Origin: Chloroflexota bacterium
Lineage (GTDB): Bacteria > Chloroflexota > Dehalococcoidia > UBA2979
NCBI GenBank assembly: GCA_027593235.1
Contig: JAQCIU010000036.1
Coordinates: forward strand, 1 to 31,424
Reading direction: 5' to 3'
DNA length: 31,424 nt
A model generated the notes under the pieces. It saw only the letters and a program-made list of their open reading frames with translations, was not told the origin of the DNA and made no database searches. Shown in pieces: positions 8,470 to 18,961 of this stretch; position 1 is the stretch's first letter, and each line of letters opens with the position of its first letter. The translations under genes and the position numbers were made by a program.

Positions 8470-9870
8470 ATGCGCATTCTTTCGCTGAGCCACCGGCTGG
8501 CCGATCCCTTGATCGACAACCACCACATCTTCAACGCGCCCGCGGTGACCGACTACGAGGCGATCGTGGTGGACGTGGGCGGTATCGCCGAATCGATCCA
8601 GAACGCGGTAGCCGCGAGTGAGCCGTATCTCAGCTTCGCGGATCTGACGGTGGTGAACGGCGAGCCGATCGATGGCGTGACGGGAATCGCCGACACGCTG
8701 CGGCGCCGGCTGGACGAGTTCACGCGCGCACTGGAACGCGGCGCGGTGGTGATCGTGTTAGCGCATCCGCCCTCGGCGATCTCCGGTGTTGCCGGGTACC
8801 AGGGGCTGGACCGCTACTTCTTCCTCCCGGCGCCGGCGGGGATGGCGTGGGATTCGACGCTGCTGCGCGGCAGCGCCGGGTCGACCGCGGCGATCACGGC
8901 CGCGGAGCACCCGGCCGTCGAGGTGATCGAGTCGTACCGGCGCGATCTGCTGTACCGCTGCTTCTTCAACGATCGCGCGCCCGGGTTCGCCGGTACGGCG
9001 CGGGTGATCGCGCGCTCCGAGGGCGGCCTGCCGATCGGCGTCGAGTTCCCGGTGTTGAACGGCCGGGTGATCTTCCTGCCGTCCCCGCGCCAGAACGGCG
9101 CGCGCTGGCTGGTGCAAAAGGAAAGCAAGGCGCTGATCGCGGCGTTCCGCGAGTTGCTGGGACACGCCGACGAGGACGCGCCGCGCTGGACCGCACAGGT
9201 GGAGATCCCGGAGATGCAAGCACGGACCCGCGAACGCGATCTACGCCAGGCGGCGGTGGAACGCGCAACCTCGGAACTGGCCGAGGCGGAGGGCGACCTC
9301 GCCGAGCGAGCGAGCTTGCGAGACACGCTCTGGCGCACGGGCGACATTGGGCTGCAGCCGGCGGTGATTCGTTGCGCGGAACTGCTGGGCTTCGAAGCGA
9401 AGGCCTCGGACACCGATGCGCCGCTGCTCACGGACGGCGATCACGAGGTCCACTACGTGGTCGCGGGCGCCGAGGAAGCCGTGGGGATGGAGCCGCACTA
9501 CCGCTTGCGGGCGCGCTTGGATGGCCTGATCGAGCGACGACAGCAGGTCGCGCGCGGGCTGGTCGTCGCGAACGGCCAGCGGCTCACCCGCCCCGAGGAA
9601 CGCCAGCGCGAGATCGCACCGGCACTGAAGGTGGCGGCGGAGTCCGTCGGGTACGCGGTCGTGACGACGCGCTCGATGTTCGCGGCGGCAATCGCCTGCC
9701 TCGAGGGGTTGAGCGAGGAGAAGAAGGCGGCGATCCGCACGCGCCTGCTGAACGTCAACGGCGTGGTGACGATCGACGATCTCCTACCGGCCGCACAAGC
9801 GACCTCGGAGACCGAGCCGCCCGAGGAGCCGGCGGCCGTTCCCGCCGACGCCGTAGCCGCCGAGGGCTAG
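8470..9870 (+). CDS. Hypothetical protein (466 aa): alpha/beta N-domain, coiled coil and degenerate restriction-endonuclease-like C-domain
   Basis: Long ORF with typical codon usage, GAGG SD and a TAAACT -10 at 8424-8429. Domain calls come from pattern recognition only. Confidence 0.8.
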   Translation: MRILSLSHRLADPLIDNHHIFNAPAVTDYEAIVVDVGGIAESIQNAVAASEPYLSFADLTVVNGEPIDGVTGIADTLRRRLDEFTRALERGAVVIVLAHPPSAISGVAGYQGLDRYFFLPAPAGMAWDSTLLRGSAGSTAAITAAEHPAVEVIESYRRDLLYRCFFNDRAPGFAGTARVIARSEGGLPIGVEFPVLNGRVIFLPSPRQNGARWLVQKESKALIAAFRELLGHADEDAPRWTAQVEIPEMQARTRERDLRQAAVERATSELAEAEGDLAERASLRDTLWRTGDIGLQPAVIRCAELLGFEAKASDTDAPLLTDGDHEVHYVVAGAEEAVGMEPHYRLRARLDGLIERRQQVARGLVVANGQRLTRPEERQREIAPALKVAAESVGYAVVTTRSMFAAAIACLEGLSEEKKAAIRTRLLNVNGVVTIDDLLPAAQATSETEPPEEPAAVPADAVAAEG

Positions 9871-9910
9871 GCCGGCCCCACACCTCCCGACGGCAGACTG
9901 ACCTCGGCCG

Positions 9911-10528
9911 TTACGACTGGTCGCTGGCGTCGCGGTTGCGGGGCCGGGCGCGTAGCTGCTTGATCCGCTCCTCATTCGTCGAGTCCTCGATCAGCGTCCG
10001 CAGTCGCCGCTGACGCGTCTCGTCGCGCTTGGCGCTCATCACCCAGTGGATCGCCCCGTTCCGGTAGCCAGCGGGCTGTGTCTCGAAGAAGGCCAGCGCC
10101 GCGGGCGCCGCCTCCAGTTCATCGCGGTACGCCACCGGCAGCGAGGCCGGGCTGCCCCGCTCAAACGAGTAGCCGGCGGATACGTCGACTCGGCCGTCGA
10201 ACGCGGCGATGCCGGCCGGCCGCATCCGTCCCGCGCTACGAAGCTCCTCGATGCGAGCGATGTTCTTCGCGCTCCACTTGCTGCGCGCGCGGCGTGGTGT
10301 GAAGCGGATGCTGTAGCGATCCGCGTCGACACTGCGGCGAATGCCATCGATCCAGCCGTGGCAGAGCGCCTCATCGACGGATTCGTTCCAGCTGAGCGTC
10401 GGATGACCGGTGCCCTGCTTCCAGAACCCGACCAGCAGCTCGTCCGCGGTGGCGGCGTGCCGTTCAAGCCAGGCACCGAACGCAGCGGCGCTGGCGAGGA
10501 AGAGGGGAGCTGGAGGCGGCTCAGGCAC
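9911..10528 (-). CDS. YdeI/OmpD-associated family protein
   Basis: ALCHGWIDG, RFTPRRARSKWSAKN, GRMRPAG and SAKRDETRQRRL motifs. Confidence 0.9.
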   Translation of the reverse strand: MPEPPPAPLFLASAAAFGAWLERHAATADELLVGFWKQGTGHPTLSWNESVDEALCHGWIDGIRRSVDADRYSIRFTPRRARSKWSAKNIARIEELRSAGRMRPAGIAAFDGRVDVSAGYSFERGSPASLPVAYRDELEAAPAALAFFETQPAGYRNGAIHWVMSAKRDETRQRRLRTLIEDSTNEERIKQLRARPRNRDASDQS

Positions 10529-10548
10529 GCGTGGCGACGGCGGGACGC

Positions 10549-11748
10549 TCAGGGAGCGACGGGCAGCGGGAAGTGCCGATCGATCTCGGTGGGTTGTGAG
10601 TAGTCGACCCCGTCGACGCCGAAGCCGAACAACCCCTCGAAATAGCGCCGGTAGCCGGCGTAGTCCGTCAGTTCATGCAGGGTCTCGGTGGTGACGCTGT
10701 CCCAGCGCTCGCGGACCTCGCGCTGCACGTCCTCGCGCATCTCCAGGTCGTCCAGGCGGATGCGCTGCTGGTCGTCGACGATCGGCGTGCGACCGGGTCC
10801 GAGGTGATCACCGAAGAGGCGGATGATCTGCTCGATCGGCCCTTCATGAATCTCGCGCTGCTTCATCGTCTTGAAGAGCAGGCTGAGGTAGAGCGGGACC
10901 CCCGGGATGGCGCTGCTGGCCTGGGTGACAACACCCTTGTTAATGCTGACCCACGCTCCACCGCTGTGCTCCGCGAGCAGCGCGTCCAGATCGGCGGCCG
11001 TCGCTTCGAGGTCTTCCTTGGCGCGGCCGATCGTGCCGTGGCGATAAATCGGCGCGGTGACCTCCGGACCGATGTAGGAGTAGGCGACGACGCGGCAGCC
11101 CTCGGCGAGGAGGCCTTCCTCGTGGAGCAGCTCGACCCAGGCGCGCCAGTCTTCGCCGCCCATGACCTTGCGCGTCGCTTCGATCTCCTCGTCGGTCGCC
11201 GGTTCAATCGTGCCGTCAACGATCTCGTGGCGGCGGAGATCGACAAGCTTCCCGGAGTACGGCTCACCGACGGGCTTGAGCGCGCTGCTCCAGATCGTGC
11301 CGTCCGTATCGCGGCGGCGCGGGGCGGCGAGACTGTAGACGAAGGTATCGAGGGGACCGAACCGATCGCGCAACGAGCGCACGACTTCGCGCTTCACCTC
11401 GTCGGAGAACGCGTCGCCGTTGATGGTCTCAACGTGGACACCAGCTTCGTCGGCGAGCCGGTGCGCCTCGACGAGGTTGTACCAGCCGGCGCTGCCGGTC
11501 TTGGCGTCACTCGGCTCCTTCTCGAAGCAGACGCCGAGCGTCGAGGCGCCGTAGCCAAAGGCGGTCACGAGGAAACTGGCCAGCCCGTACCCGGTGCTGG
11601 ATCCAACGACGAGGGCGTTACCGAGTGAGCCACGGGCGCCAGCGCGCGCGAGTTCGACCTGGTGGCGCACGTTCGCCGCGCAGCCCTCGGGATGGGCGGT
11701 CAGCGAAATGAAGCCACGGATGCGCGGCTCGACGATCTGCTCAGTCAT
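10549..11748 (-). CDS. fabV: FabV-type enoyl-ACP reductase / trans-2-enoyl-CoA reductase
   Basis: RGFISLTAHPEGC, GSSTGYGLAS, GSAGWYN, INGDAFS, YSLAAP, VMGGEDW, YSYIG..IYRHGTIGRAK (Yx8K) and FGF motifs. ATG 11748 follows a GGAGG SD. Confidence 0.92.
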   Translation of the reverse strand: MTEQIVEPRIRGFISLTAHPEGCAANVRHQVELARAGARGSLGNALVVGSSTGYGLASFLVTAFGYGASTLGVCFEKEPSDAKTGSAGWYNLVEAHRLADEAGVHVETINGDAFSDEVKREVVRSLRDRFGPLDTFVYSLAAPRRRDTDGTIWSSALKPVGEPYSGKLVDLRRHEIVDGTIEPATDEEIEATRKVMGGEDWRAWVELLHEEGLLAEGCRVVAYSYIGPEVTAPIYRHGTIGRAKEDLEATAADLDALLAEHSGGAWVSINKGVVTQASSAIPGVPLYLSLLFKTMKQREIHEGPIEQIIRLFGDHLGPGRTPIVDDQQRIRLDDLEMREDVQREVRERWDSVTTETLHELTDYAGYRRYFEGLFGFGVDGVDYSQPTEIDRHFPLPVAP

Positions 11749-11883
11749 GCTTCCTCCGTGCCGAAGGTACCGGGCGGCAGCGTAGCGCATGGAGACGGTC
11801 GGTCGCAGCGGGCGACCGGAGGAGGGGCGGAGCACCCTCGTCAGTGACGCCGCAGTGACGCGGTTCTCGTGCGGGGGTTGGCG

Positions 11884-13701
<1,818 letters not shown>

Positions 13702-13790
13702 GATCCGAGAGTATCCGGCGCCGCGACTATGCGTGCGGCCCGCGCGACGGACCGAGGTCGCGAACACCGACCACGGATCGCCCCACAACG

Positions 13791-13820
13791 CACGAGGCGA
13801 GCCGGATGGCTCGCCTCGTG
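13791..13820 (-). terminator. Hairpin, likely terminator after oppF
   Basis: Perfect 13-bp stem CACGAGGCGAGCC-GGAT-GGCTCGCCTCGTG; the U-tract is weak. Confidence 0.55.
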
Positions 13821-13845
13821 GTGTCTGGCAACGCTGGCGGCTGAC

Positions 13846-14898
13846 CTAGACGACGTTCTCCGGGGCCTCCGCGAGGTGACAGGCAACCCAGTGATTCGGG
13901 AGCAACTCCCGCCATTCCGGGATTTCCTGCCGACATACGTCCTCGGCGATTGGACAACGGGTGTGGAAGACACAACCGGGGGGCGGCCGCAGCGGCGACG
14001 GGACGTCGCCTTGCAGCACGATGCGCTCACGGGTGCGCTCGATCTCCGGGTCCGTAATCGGAATCGCGGAGAGGAGAGCCTGCGTGTACGGGTGCAACGG
14101 CAGCTCGTAGAGCTCGTTGGACTCCGACAGCTCCATCATCTTGCCCAGGTACATGACGGCGACGCGGTCCGAGATGTGACGGACGACGGCGAGGTCGTGG
14201 GCGATGAAGAGGTAGGTGAGGTTGAACTCCGCCTGGAGGTCCTCCATCAGGTTGATGATCTGCGCCTGAATGGAGACGTCGAGCGCGGAAACCGGCTCGT
14301 CGGCCACGATGAAGTCTGGCTCCACCGCGAGTGCACGGGCGATGCCGATGCGCTGACGCTGACCACCCGAGAACTCGTGCGGGTAGCGCTTGGCGAAGAG
14401 CGGGTTGAGACCGACCGCGTTCATGATGTATTCGATGCGGTCGCGGCGTTCCTGGCCCTTGTACAGACCGTGAATCGCCATCGGCTCGCCGACGATCTGG
14501 GCGACGCTCATGCGCGGGTTCAGGCTGGAGAACGGGTCCTGGAAGATCATCTGCATCCGGCGGCGGAAGCGCCGCAGGTTGCCACCCTTCAGGGTGGTCA
14601 GCTCTTCCCCATCAAACTTGACGCTGCCGGCGGTCGGCCGGTGCAGCTGGAGGATGGCGCGTCCGGTGGTGGACTTGCCACATCCTGATTCGCCGACGAG
14701 GCCCAGGGTCTCTTTTCGTTCGACGTGGAAGCTGATGCCATCCACGGCGCGGACATCGGCGACCTTGCGCTGGATGAACAACCCGGAGGTGACCGGGAAG
14801 TACATCTTGAGGCCTTCGACCTCCAGCAGGCGGTCGCCGGTGCTCTCGCGGATCTCGGCGCGCTGGGTGGTAACGGGTACCGCGGTGTCAGTGGTCAT
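13846..14898 (-). CDS. oppF: Oligopeptide/dipeptide ABC transporter ATP-binding protein (OppF/DppF)
   Basis: [26 protein letters not shown] and a Cys-rich C-terminal oligo_HPY domain. Confidence 0.93.
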   Translation of the reverse strand: MTTDTAVPVTTQRAEIRESTGDRLLEVEGLKMYFPVTSGLFIQRKVADVRAVDGISFHVERKETLGLVGESGCGKSTTGRAILQLHRPTAGSVKFDGEELTTLKGGNLRRFRRRMQMIFQDPFSSLNPRMSVAQIVGEPMAIHGLYKGQERRDRIEYIMNAVGLNPLFAKRYPHEFSGGQRQRIGIARALAVEPDFIVADEPVSALDVSIQAQIINLMEDLQAEFNLTYLFIAHDLAVVRHISDRVAVMYLGKMMELSESNELYELPLHPYTQALLSAIPITDPEIERTRERIVLQGDVPSPLRPPPGCVFHTRCPIAEDVCRQEIPEWRELLPNHWVACHLAEAPENVV

Positions 14899-14904
14899 CA
14901 GGCC

Positions 14905-15942
14905 CTATCCTACCGCGCCGACCGCCTCGAGGCGGGTCCGCAGGTCTTGCTCGATGCGGGTCTTCTCATCCGTCTTTGGATTCCGCCAGCAGGCAGCTTT
15001 GTGCCCCGGCTCCTTCTCCTCGAGCGGTGGCTTCTCCGTCTGACACTTCTCGATCGCCCACGCGCAACGCGGCTCGAACGCACAACCCGGGATCGGGTCG
15101 ACGAGCAGCGGCGGCTGGCCCTCGATGGTGGAGAGACGGCGGTGCTCGGTGTCGTCCAGACGCGGGACGGACTCCAGGAGACCGACGGTGTACGGGTGAC
15201 GCGCACGCTTGAAGACGTCGACAGCGGTACCGCTCTCGACAATCTCACCGGCGTACATGACGTTGACGCGGTCCGCGTAACGGGCCACCACCCCAAGGTT
15301 GTGGGTGATGACAAGGACGGCCGTGCCAAACTCCTGCGACAGGTTGGCCATGATCTCGAGGATCTGCGCCTGAATGGTCACGTCGAGTGCGGTCGTTGGC
15401 TCGTCGGCGATCAGGAGTTTCGGGTTGCAGGAGAGCGCCATGGCGATCATCACGCGCTGACGCATACCGCCCGAGAACTGGTGCGGGTAATCCTTGATGC
15501 GCTGTCCGGCCTCCGGAATACCAACGAGCTCAAGAAGCTCGATGGCACGGGCGGTCGCTTCGCTTTCCTCGAGGCCGAGGTGGAGCTGAATCGACTCCCG
15601 GATTTGCGCACCAATGGTGAGCACCGGATTGAGCGAGGTCATCGGCTCCTGGAACACCATCGCGATGTCGTTCCCGCGGATGCTGCGCATCTCGGAATCG
15701 GAGACCTTGAGGAGGTCACGACCCTCGAACATGATCTCGCCGTCGACGATTCGACCCGGCGGGTTAGGGATCAGGCGCAGGATCGACATCGCGGTCACGG
15801 ACTTGCCGCACCCCGATTCACCGACCAGCGCGAGTGTTTCCCCTTCATCGAGGTCCCACGTTACCCCGTCAACGGCCCGAACCACGCCTTCTTCAGTGAA
15901 GAAGTGCGTTCGAAGGTTCTTGACCTCCAACAGCTTTGCCAT
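14905..15942 (-). CDS. oppD: Oligopeptide/dipeptide ABC transporter ATP-binding protein (OppD/DppD)
   Basis: [39 protein letters not shown] and Cys motif. ATG 15942 follows GGGAG. Confidence 0.93.
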   Translation of the reverse strand: MAKLLEVKNLRTHFFTEEGVVRAVDGVTWDLDEGETLALVGESGCGKSVTAMSILRLIPNPPGRIVDGEIMFEGRDLLKVSDSEMRSIRGNDIAMVFQEPMTSLNPVLTIGAQIRESIQLHLGLEESEATARAIELLELVGIPEAGQRIKDYPHQFSGGMRQRVMIAMALSCNPKLLIADEPTTALDVTIQAQILEIMANLSQEFGTAVLVITHNLGVVARYADRVNVMYAGEIVESGTAVDVFKRARHPYTVGLLESVPRLDDTEHRRLSTIEGQPPLLVDPIPGCAFEPRCAWAIEKCQTEKPPLEEKEPGHKAACWRNPKTDEKTRIEQDLRTRLEAVGAVG

Positions 15943-16010
15943 GGAGTCTCCCAACTACCTTTGGCGCCCACGCACGCAACGTCTCGACTCCCCGGCTCAC
16001 CGAGTTGCGG

Positions 16011-16095
16011 TGGTGGGGAAGAGGAGACTCGAACTCCTACGCCTTGCGGCACGTGATCCTAAATCACGCTCGTCTGCCAGTTCCGACACTTCCCC
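16011..16095 (-). tRNA. tRNA-Leu(TAG)
   Basis: GGGGAAG acceptor stem, anticodon arm CGTGA-TTTAGGA-TCACG, long variable arm, GTTCGA and encoded CCA. Confidence 0.96.
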
Positions 16096-16223
16096 AGTTG
16101 CACCGCATCTCTACGTTCGATCCGCGTCCCTACGTCGATCCGCTGGCTGCGGCGAGCGCTCACTCTAACAACGTTCGCGATAGATGGGGGGCGGCGTCGC
16201 GCCCAATTCTTCCGTTCCGTTGT

Positions 16224-16298
16224 TGGTGAGCCCCCCGGGATTCGAACCCGGAACCGGCTGATTAAGAGTCAGCTGCTCTGCCATTGAGCTAGAGGCCC
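16224..16298 (-). tRNA. tRNA-Lys(CTT)
   Basis: Anticodon arm GCTGA-CTCTTAA-TCAGC, GTTCGAATC and encoded CCA. Confidence 0.97.
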
Positions 16299-16304
16299 GC
16301 GCGA

Positions 16305-16334
16305 ACGGTAGCAACGCCAATCTGAGGGTGTCAA
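16305..16334 (-). promoter_or_regulatory. Sigma70-type promoter of tRNA-Lys
   Basis: TTGACA-N18-TACCGT with a TG extension, 6 nt upstream of the tRNA. Confidence 0.7.
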
Positions 16335-16411
16335 CGAAATCCAATTACCGATACTAGCGGCGCGCGCACACGACGCCGGATGAACGAACGCAGGAGCGGC
16401 GAACGGGACCT

Positions 16412-16441
16412 TTGACGGTCGCTGTGAGCGCGCCGTAGCCT
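16412..16441 (+). promoter_or_regulatory. Sigma70-type promoter of tRNA-Val
   Basis: TTGACG-N18-TAGCCT. Confidence 0.6.
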
Positions 16442-16489
16442 GCGTCATCGGCGCGACGATCGATCCGGATCGATCGAGCCGCGTTTCCG

Positions 16490-16566
16490 GGGCGGTTAGC
16501 TCAGTTGGCTAGAGCGCAGCGTTGACATCGCTGAGGTCACTGGTTCGAGTCCAGTACCGCCCACCA
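16490..16566 (+). tRNA. tRNA-Val(GAC)
   Basis: GGGCGGT/ACCGCCC acceptor stem, anticodon arm CAGCG-TTGACAT-CGCTG, GTTCGAGT and encoded CCA. Confidence 0.97.
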
Positions 16567-16722
16567 CCGACCACCACACCCCTCGGATGATCGCGACGAC
16601 CACGTCTCGCCGAGCCCTTCGCGATGACGCGCGATGGGGTGCGCTCTCGCGCATTGGCGGGCGCTGCGTCGTATGCTCGGCGGAGCATCCCTTGGACCAC
16701 CCGCGTGGACCGAGGAATACGA

Positions 16723-16976
16723 GCGATGACGGGGACACGTCGCCCCACGCTCGATCGGCGCCAGAGAGCAGGGGCCACCGGCTGGAAGCCCCGCCGCCGA
16801 TCGTGAGGCGATACCACCCCTGAGCCCGCGGGCGAACCCGCGGCGGCTGCCCCCGTTACGGGCCAACGAAGCCTCGAGGCCGATCCCGCACCGGGGACGC
16901 GGCCACGAGGGAATTCGGGTGGAACCACGAGAGCGCGCGTCTCTCGTCCCGTGGGACGAGTGGCGCGCGCTTTTCT
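16723..16976 (+). promoter_or_regulatory. Threonine T-box riboswitch with intrinsic terminator
   Basis: Stem I starts GCGATGA and has an AGAGAG box and GCTGGA loop. Specifier ACC (Thr) at 16813-16815, CCGTTA element, T-box AATTCGGGTGGAACCACG at 16912-16929, terminator GCGCGC..CTCGTCCC-GT-GGGACGAG..GCGCGC-TTTTCT. Confidence 0.92.
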
Positions 16977-17038
16977 GTGTGCGCGCTCCGCGCCACCTCC
17001 GGGCGGCGCGGGCGTGGAGAGTCGAGGGAGCAGACGAG

Positions 17039-18835
17039 ATGACGATGGAAGAACTGGGCGAGGCCGTCGCGCACGAGGAAGACGTGCCGTGGGCCGACCT
17101 GGAGCCAGACGAACAGCTACGGCGGATGCGGCATTCAGCGGCACACGTGCTGGCCGAGGCCGTGCTGGAAATGTTCCCGGAGGGGAAGTACGCGATCGGC
17201 CCCCCGATCGAGAACGGCTTCTACTACGACTTCGATCTGCCTCGCTCCCTCACCCCCGAGGACCTCGCCAACCTCGAACGCCGCATGAAGCGGACCGTGA
17301 AGCGCAACGTGCCGATCGAGGGCGAGTGGATCCCGAAGGCCCAGGCCGAGGAGATCTTCAAGGACCAGCCGTACAAGCTGGAGCTGATCGCCAACCTCGA
17401 GGGCGACCTCGTGGGGCACTTCAAGCACGCCAAGTTCGAAGACCTCTGCCGCGGCGGTCACACCGAACGCACGGGCAAGCTCGGCGCCTTCAAGCTCACG
17501 CACAGCGCGGGCGCCTACTGGCGCGGCGACGAGAAGAACAAGATGCTCCAGCGCATCTACGGCGTGCTCTTCCCCACGCAGGAAGAGCTGGACGCCTACC
17601 TCGCGGCCCGCGAAGAGGCGGAGCGCCGCGACCACCGACGGGTCGGCCGTGAGCTGGATCTGTTCTCCACGCACGAGGAGTACGGCCCGGGCCTGATCTA
17701 CTGGCACCCGAAGGGTGGCCGCACGCGGGTCGAGATCGAGAACGCCTGGCGCGAGGAACACTTCGCCGCGGACTACGAGATCGTCTACACGCCGCACGTC
17801 GGGCGCGCGACGCTCTGGGAGACGTCGGGCCACCTCGATTTCTACGCCGACAGCATGTACTCGCCGATGGACATCGACGGGAACGACTACTACCTGAAGC
17901 CGATGAACTGCCCGTTCCACGTGCAGATCTACAAGAACACGAAGCGCTCCTACCGCGAGCTGCCGATGAAGCTGGCGGAGTTGGGCACGGTCTACCGCTA
18001 CGAGCGCTCCGGTGTACTGCACGGAATGATGCGCGTCCGCGGGTTCACCCAGGACGACGCCCACATCATCTGCACGCCGGAACAGGTCGAGGACGAAATC
18101 GTCGAGGTGGTGGAGTTCGTCCTCCATCTGCTGCGCCTGTTCGGCTTCGAGGAGTTCGAGGCGAGCCTCTCGACTCGACCCGAGAAATCGGTCGGTGAGC
18201 AGGAGCAGTGGGACCAGGCCGAAGACTCGCTCCGGCGGGCACTTGAACGCGCCGGCCTCGAATACGGCGTCGACGAGGGCGGCGGCGCGTTCTACGGCCC
18301 GAAGATCGACATCCACCTCAAGGACACACTCGGTCGGAAGTGGCAGTGCTCGACGGTGCAGTTCGACTTCAACCTGCCCGAGCGCTTCGACATGTCGTAC
18401 GTCGGCGAGGACGGTGCGGACCACCGGCCGTACATGGTGCACCGCGCGCTGCTCGGCTCGATCGAGCGCTTCTTCGGGATCCTCGTCGAGCACTACGGCG
18501 GCGCCTTCCCGCTCTGGCTCGCGCCGGTACAGGCGATTGTGATCCCGATCGCGGATCGGCACCTCGACTACGCGGCGCACGTCCAGCGGGAACTGAAGCA
18601 GAAGGGCTTCCGCGTCGACGTGGACAGCTCGGGCGAGCGGATGGGGAACATGATTCGCCGCGCCCAGCTCCAGAAGATTCCGTACATGCTGGTGATCGGC
18701 GATCGTGAGGCGGAAGCCGAACAGGTGGCCGTCCGCGACCGCAGTGGCGACGACCTGGGCGCGATGCCGGTATTCCAGCTCGTCGACCGGATGATCGACG
18801 AGCGCGATACGAGGAGCTACCAGCCACCAATCTAA
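17039..18835 (+). CDS. thrS: Threonine--tRNA ligase (short form lacking the N-terminal TGS domain)
   Basis: RHSAAHVLA, GPPIENGFYYDF, DLCRGGH, GAYWRG, KPMNCPFH, RVRGFTQDDAH, FYGPKID and HRALLGSIERF motifs. ATG 17039 follows GAGGGAG. Confidence 0.98.
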   Translation: MTMEELGEAVAHEEDVPWADLEPDEQLRRMRHSAAHVLAEAVLEMFPEGKYAIGPPIENGFYYDFDLPRSLTPEDLANLERRMKRTVKRNVPIEGEWIPKAQAEEIFKDQPYKLELIANLEGDLVGHFKHAKFEDLCRGGHTERTGKLGAFKLTHSAGAYWRGDEKNKMLQRIYGVLFPTQEELDAYLAAREEAERRDHRRVGRELDLFSTHEEYGPGLIYWHPKGGRTRVEIENAWREEHFAADYEIVYTPHVGRATLWETSGHLDFYADSMYSPMDIDGNDYYLKPMNCPFHVQIYKNTKRSYRELPMKLAELGTVYRYERSGVLHGMMRVRGFTQDDAHIICTPEQVEDEIVEVVEFVLHLLRLFGFEEFEASLSTRPEKSVGEQEQWDQAEDSLRRALERAGLEYGVDEGGGAFYGPKIDIHLKDTLGRKWQCSTVQFDFNLPERFDMSYVGEDGADHRPYMVHRALLGSIERFFGILVEHYGGAFPLWLAPVQAIVIPIADRHLDYAAHVQRELKQKGFRVDVDSSGERMGNMIRRAQLQKIPYMLVIGDREAEAEQVAVRDRSGDDLGAMPVFQLVDRMIDERDTRSYQPPI

Positions 18836-18961
18836 CGACGTTTGGTTACTTGCCGCAGTGCGGTTGCCCGTGCCAGTCTGAGCCTCCAAATTCGAGGGCC
18901 AGACTGGCGCGCCAACGCGCTCGACCCAATCGTTGCTGGCAGACGCAAACGAGGCACGGTG

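Noticed and set aside
16011-16720. tRNA cluster as a prophage or island integration site
   Set aside because: No integrase and no duplicated tRNA 3' end seen; the flanks are core genes.
18830-18958. ATCTAAC (RYYYAAC) at the thrS stop as an attC site
   Set aside because: No downstream GTTRRRY or matching palindrome, and thrS is a core gene.
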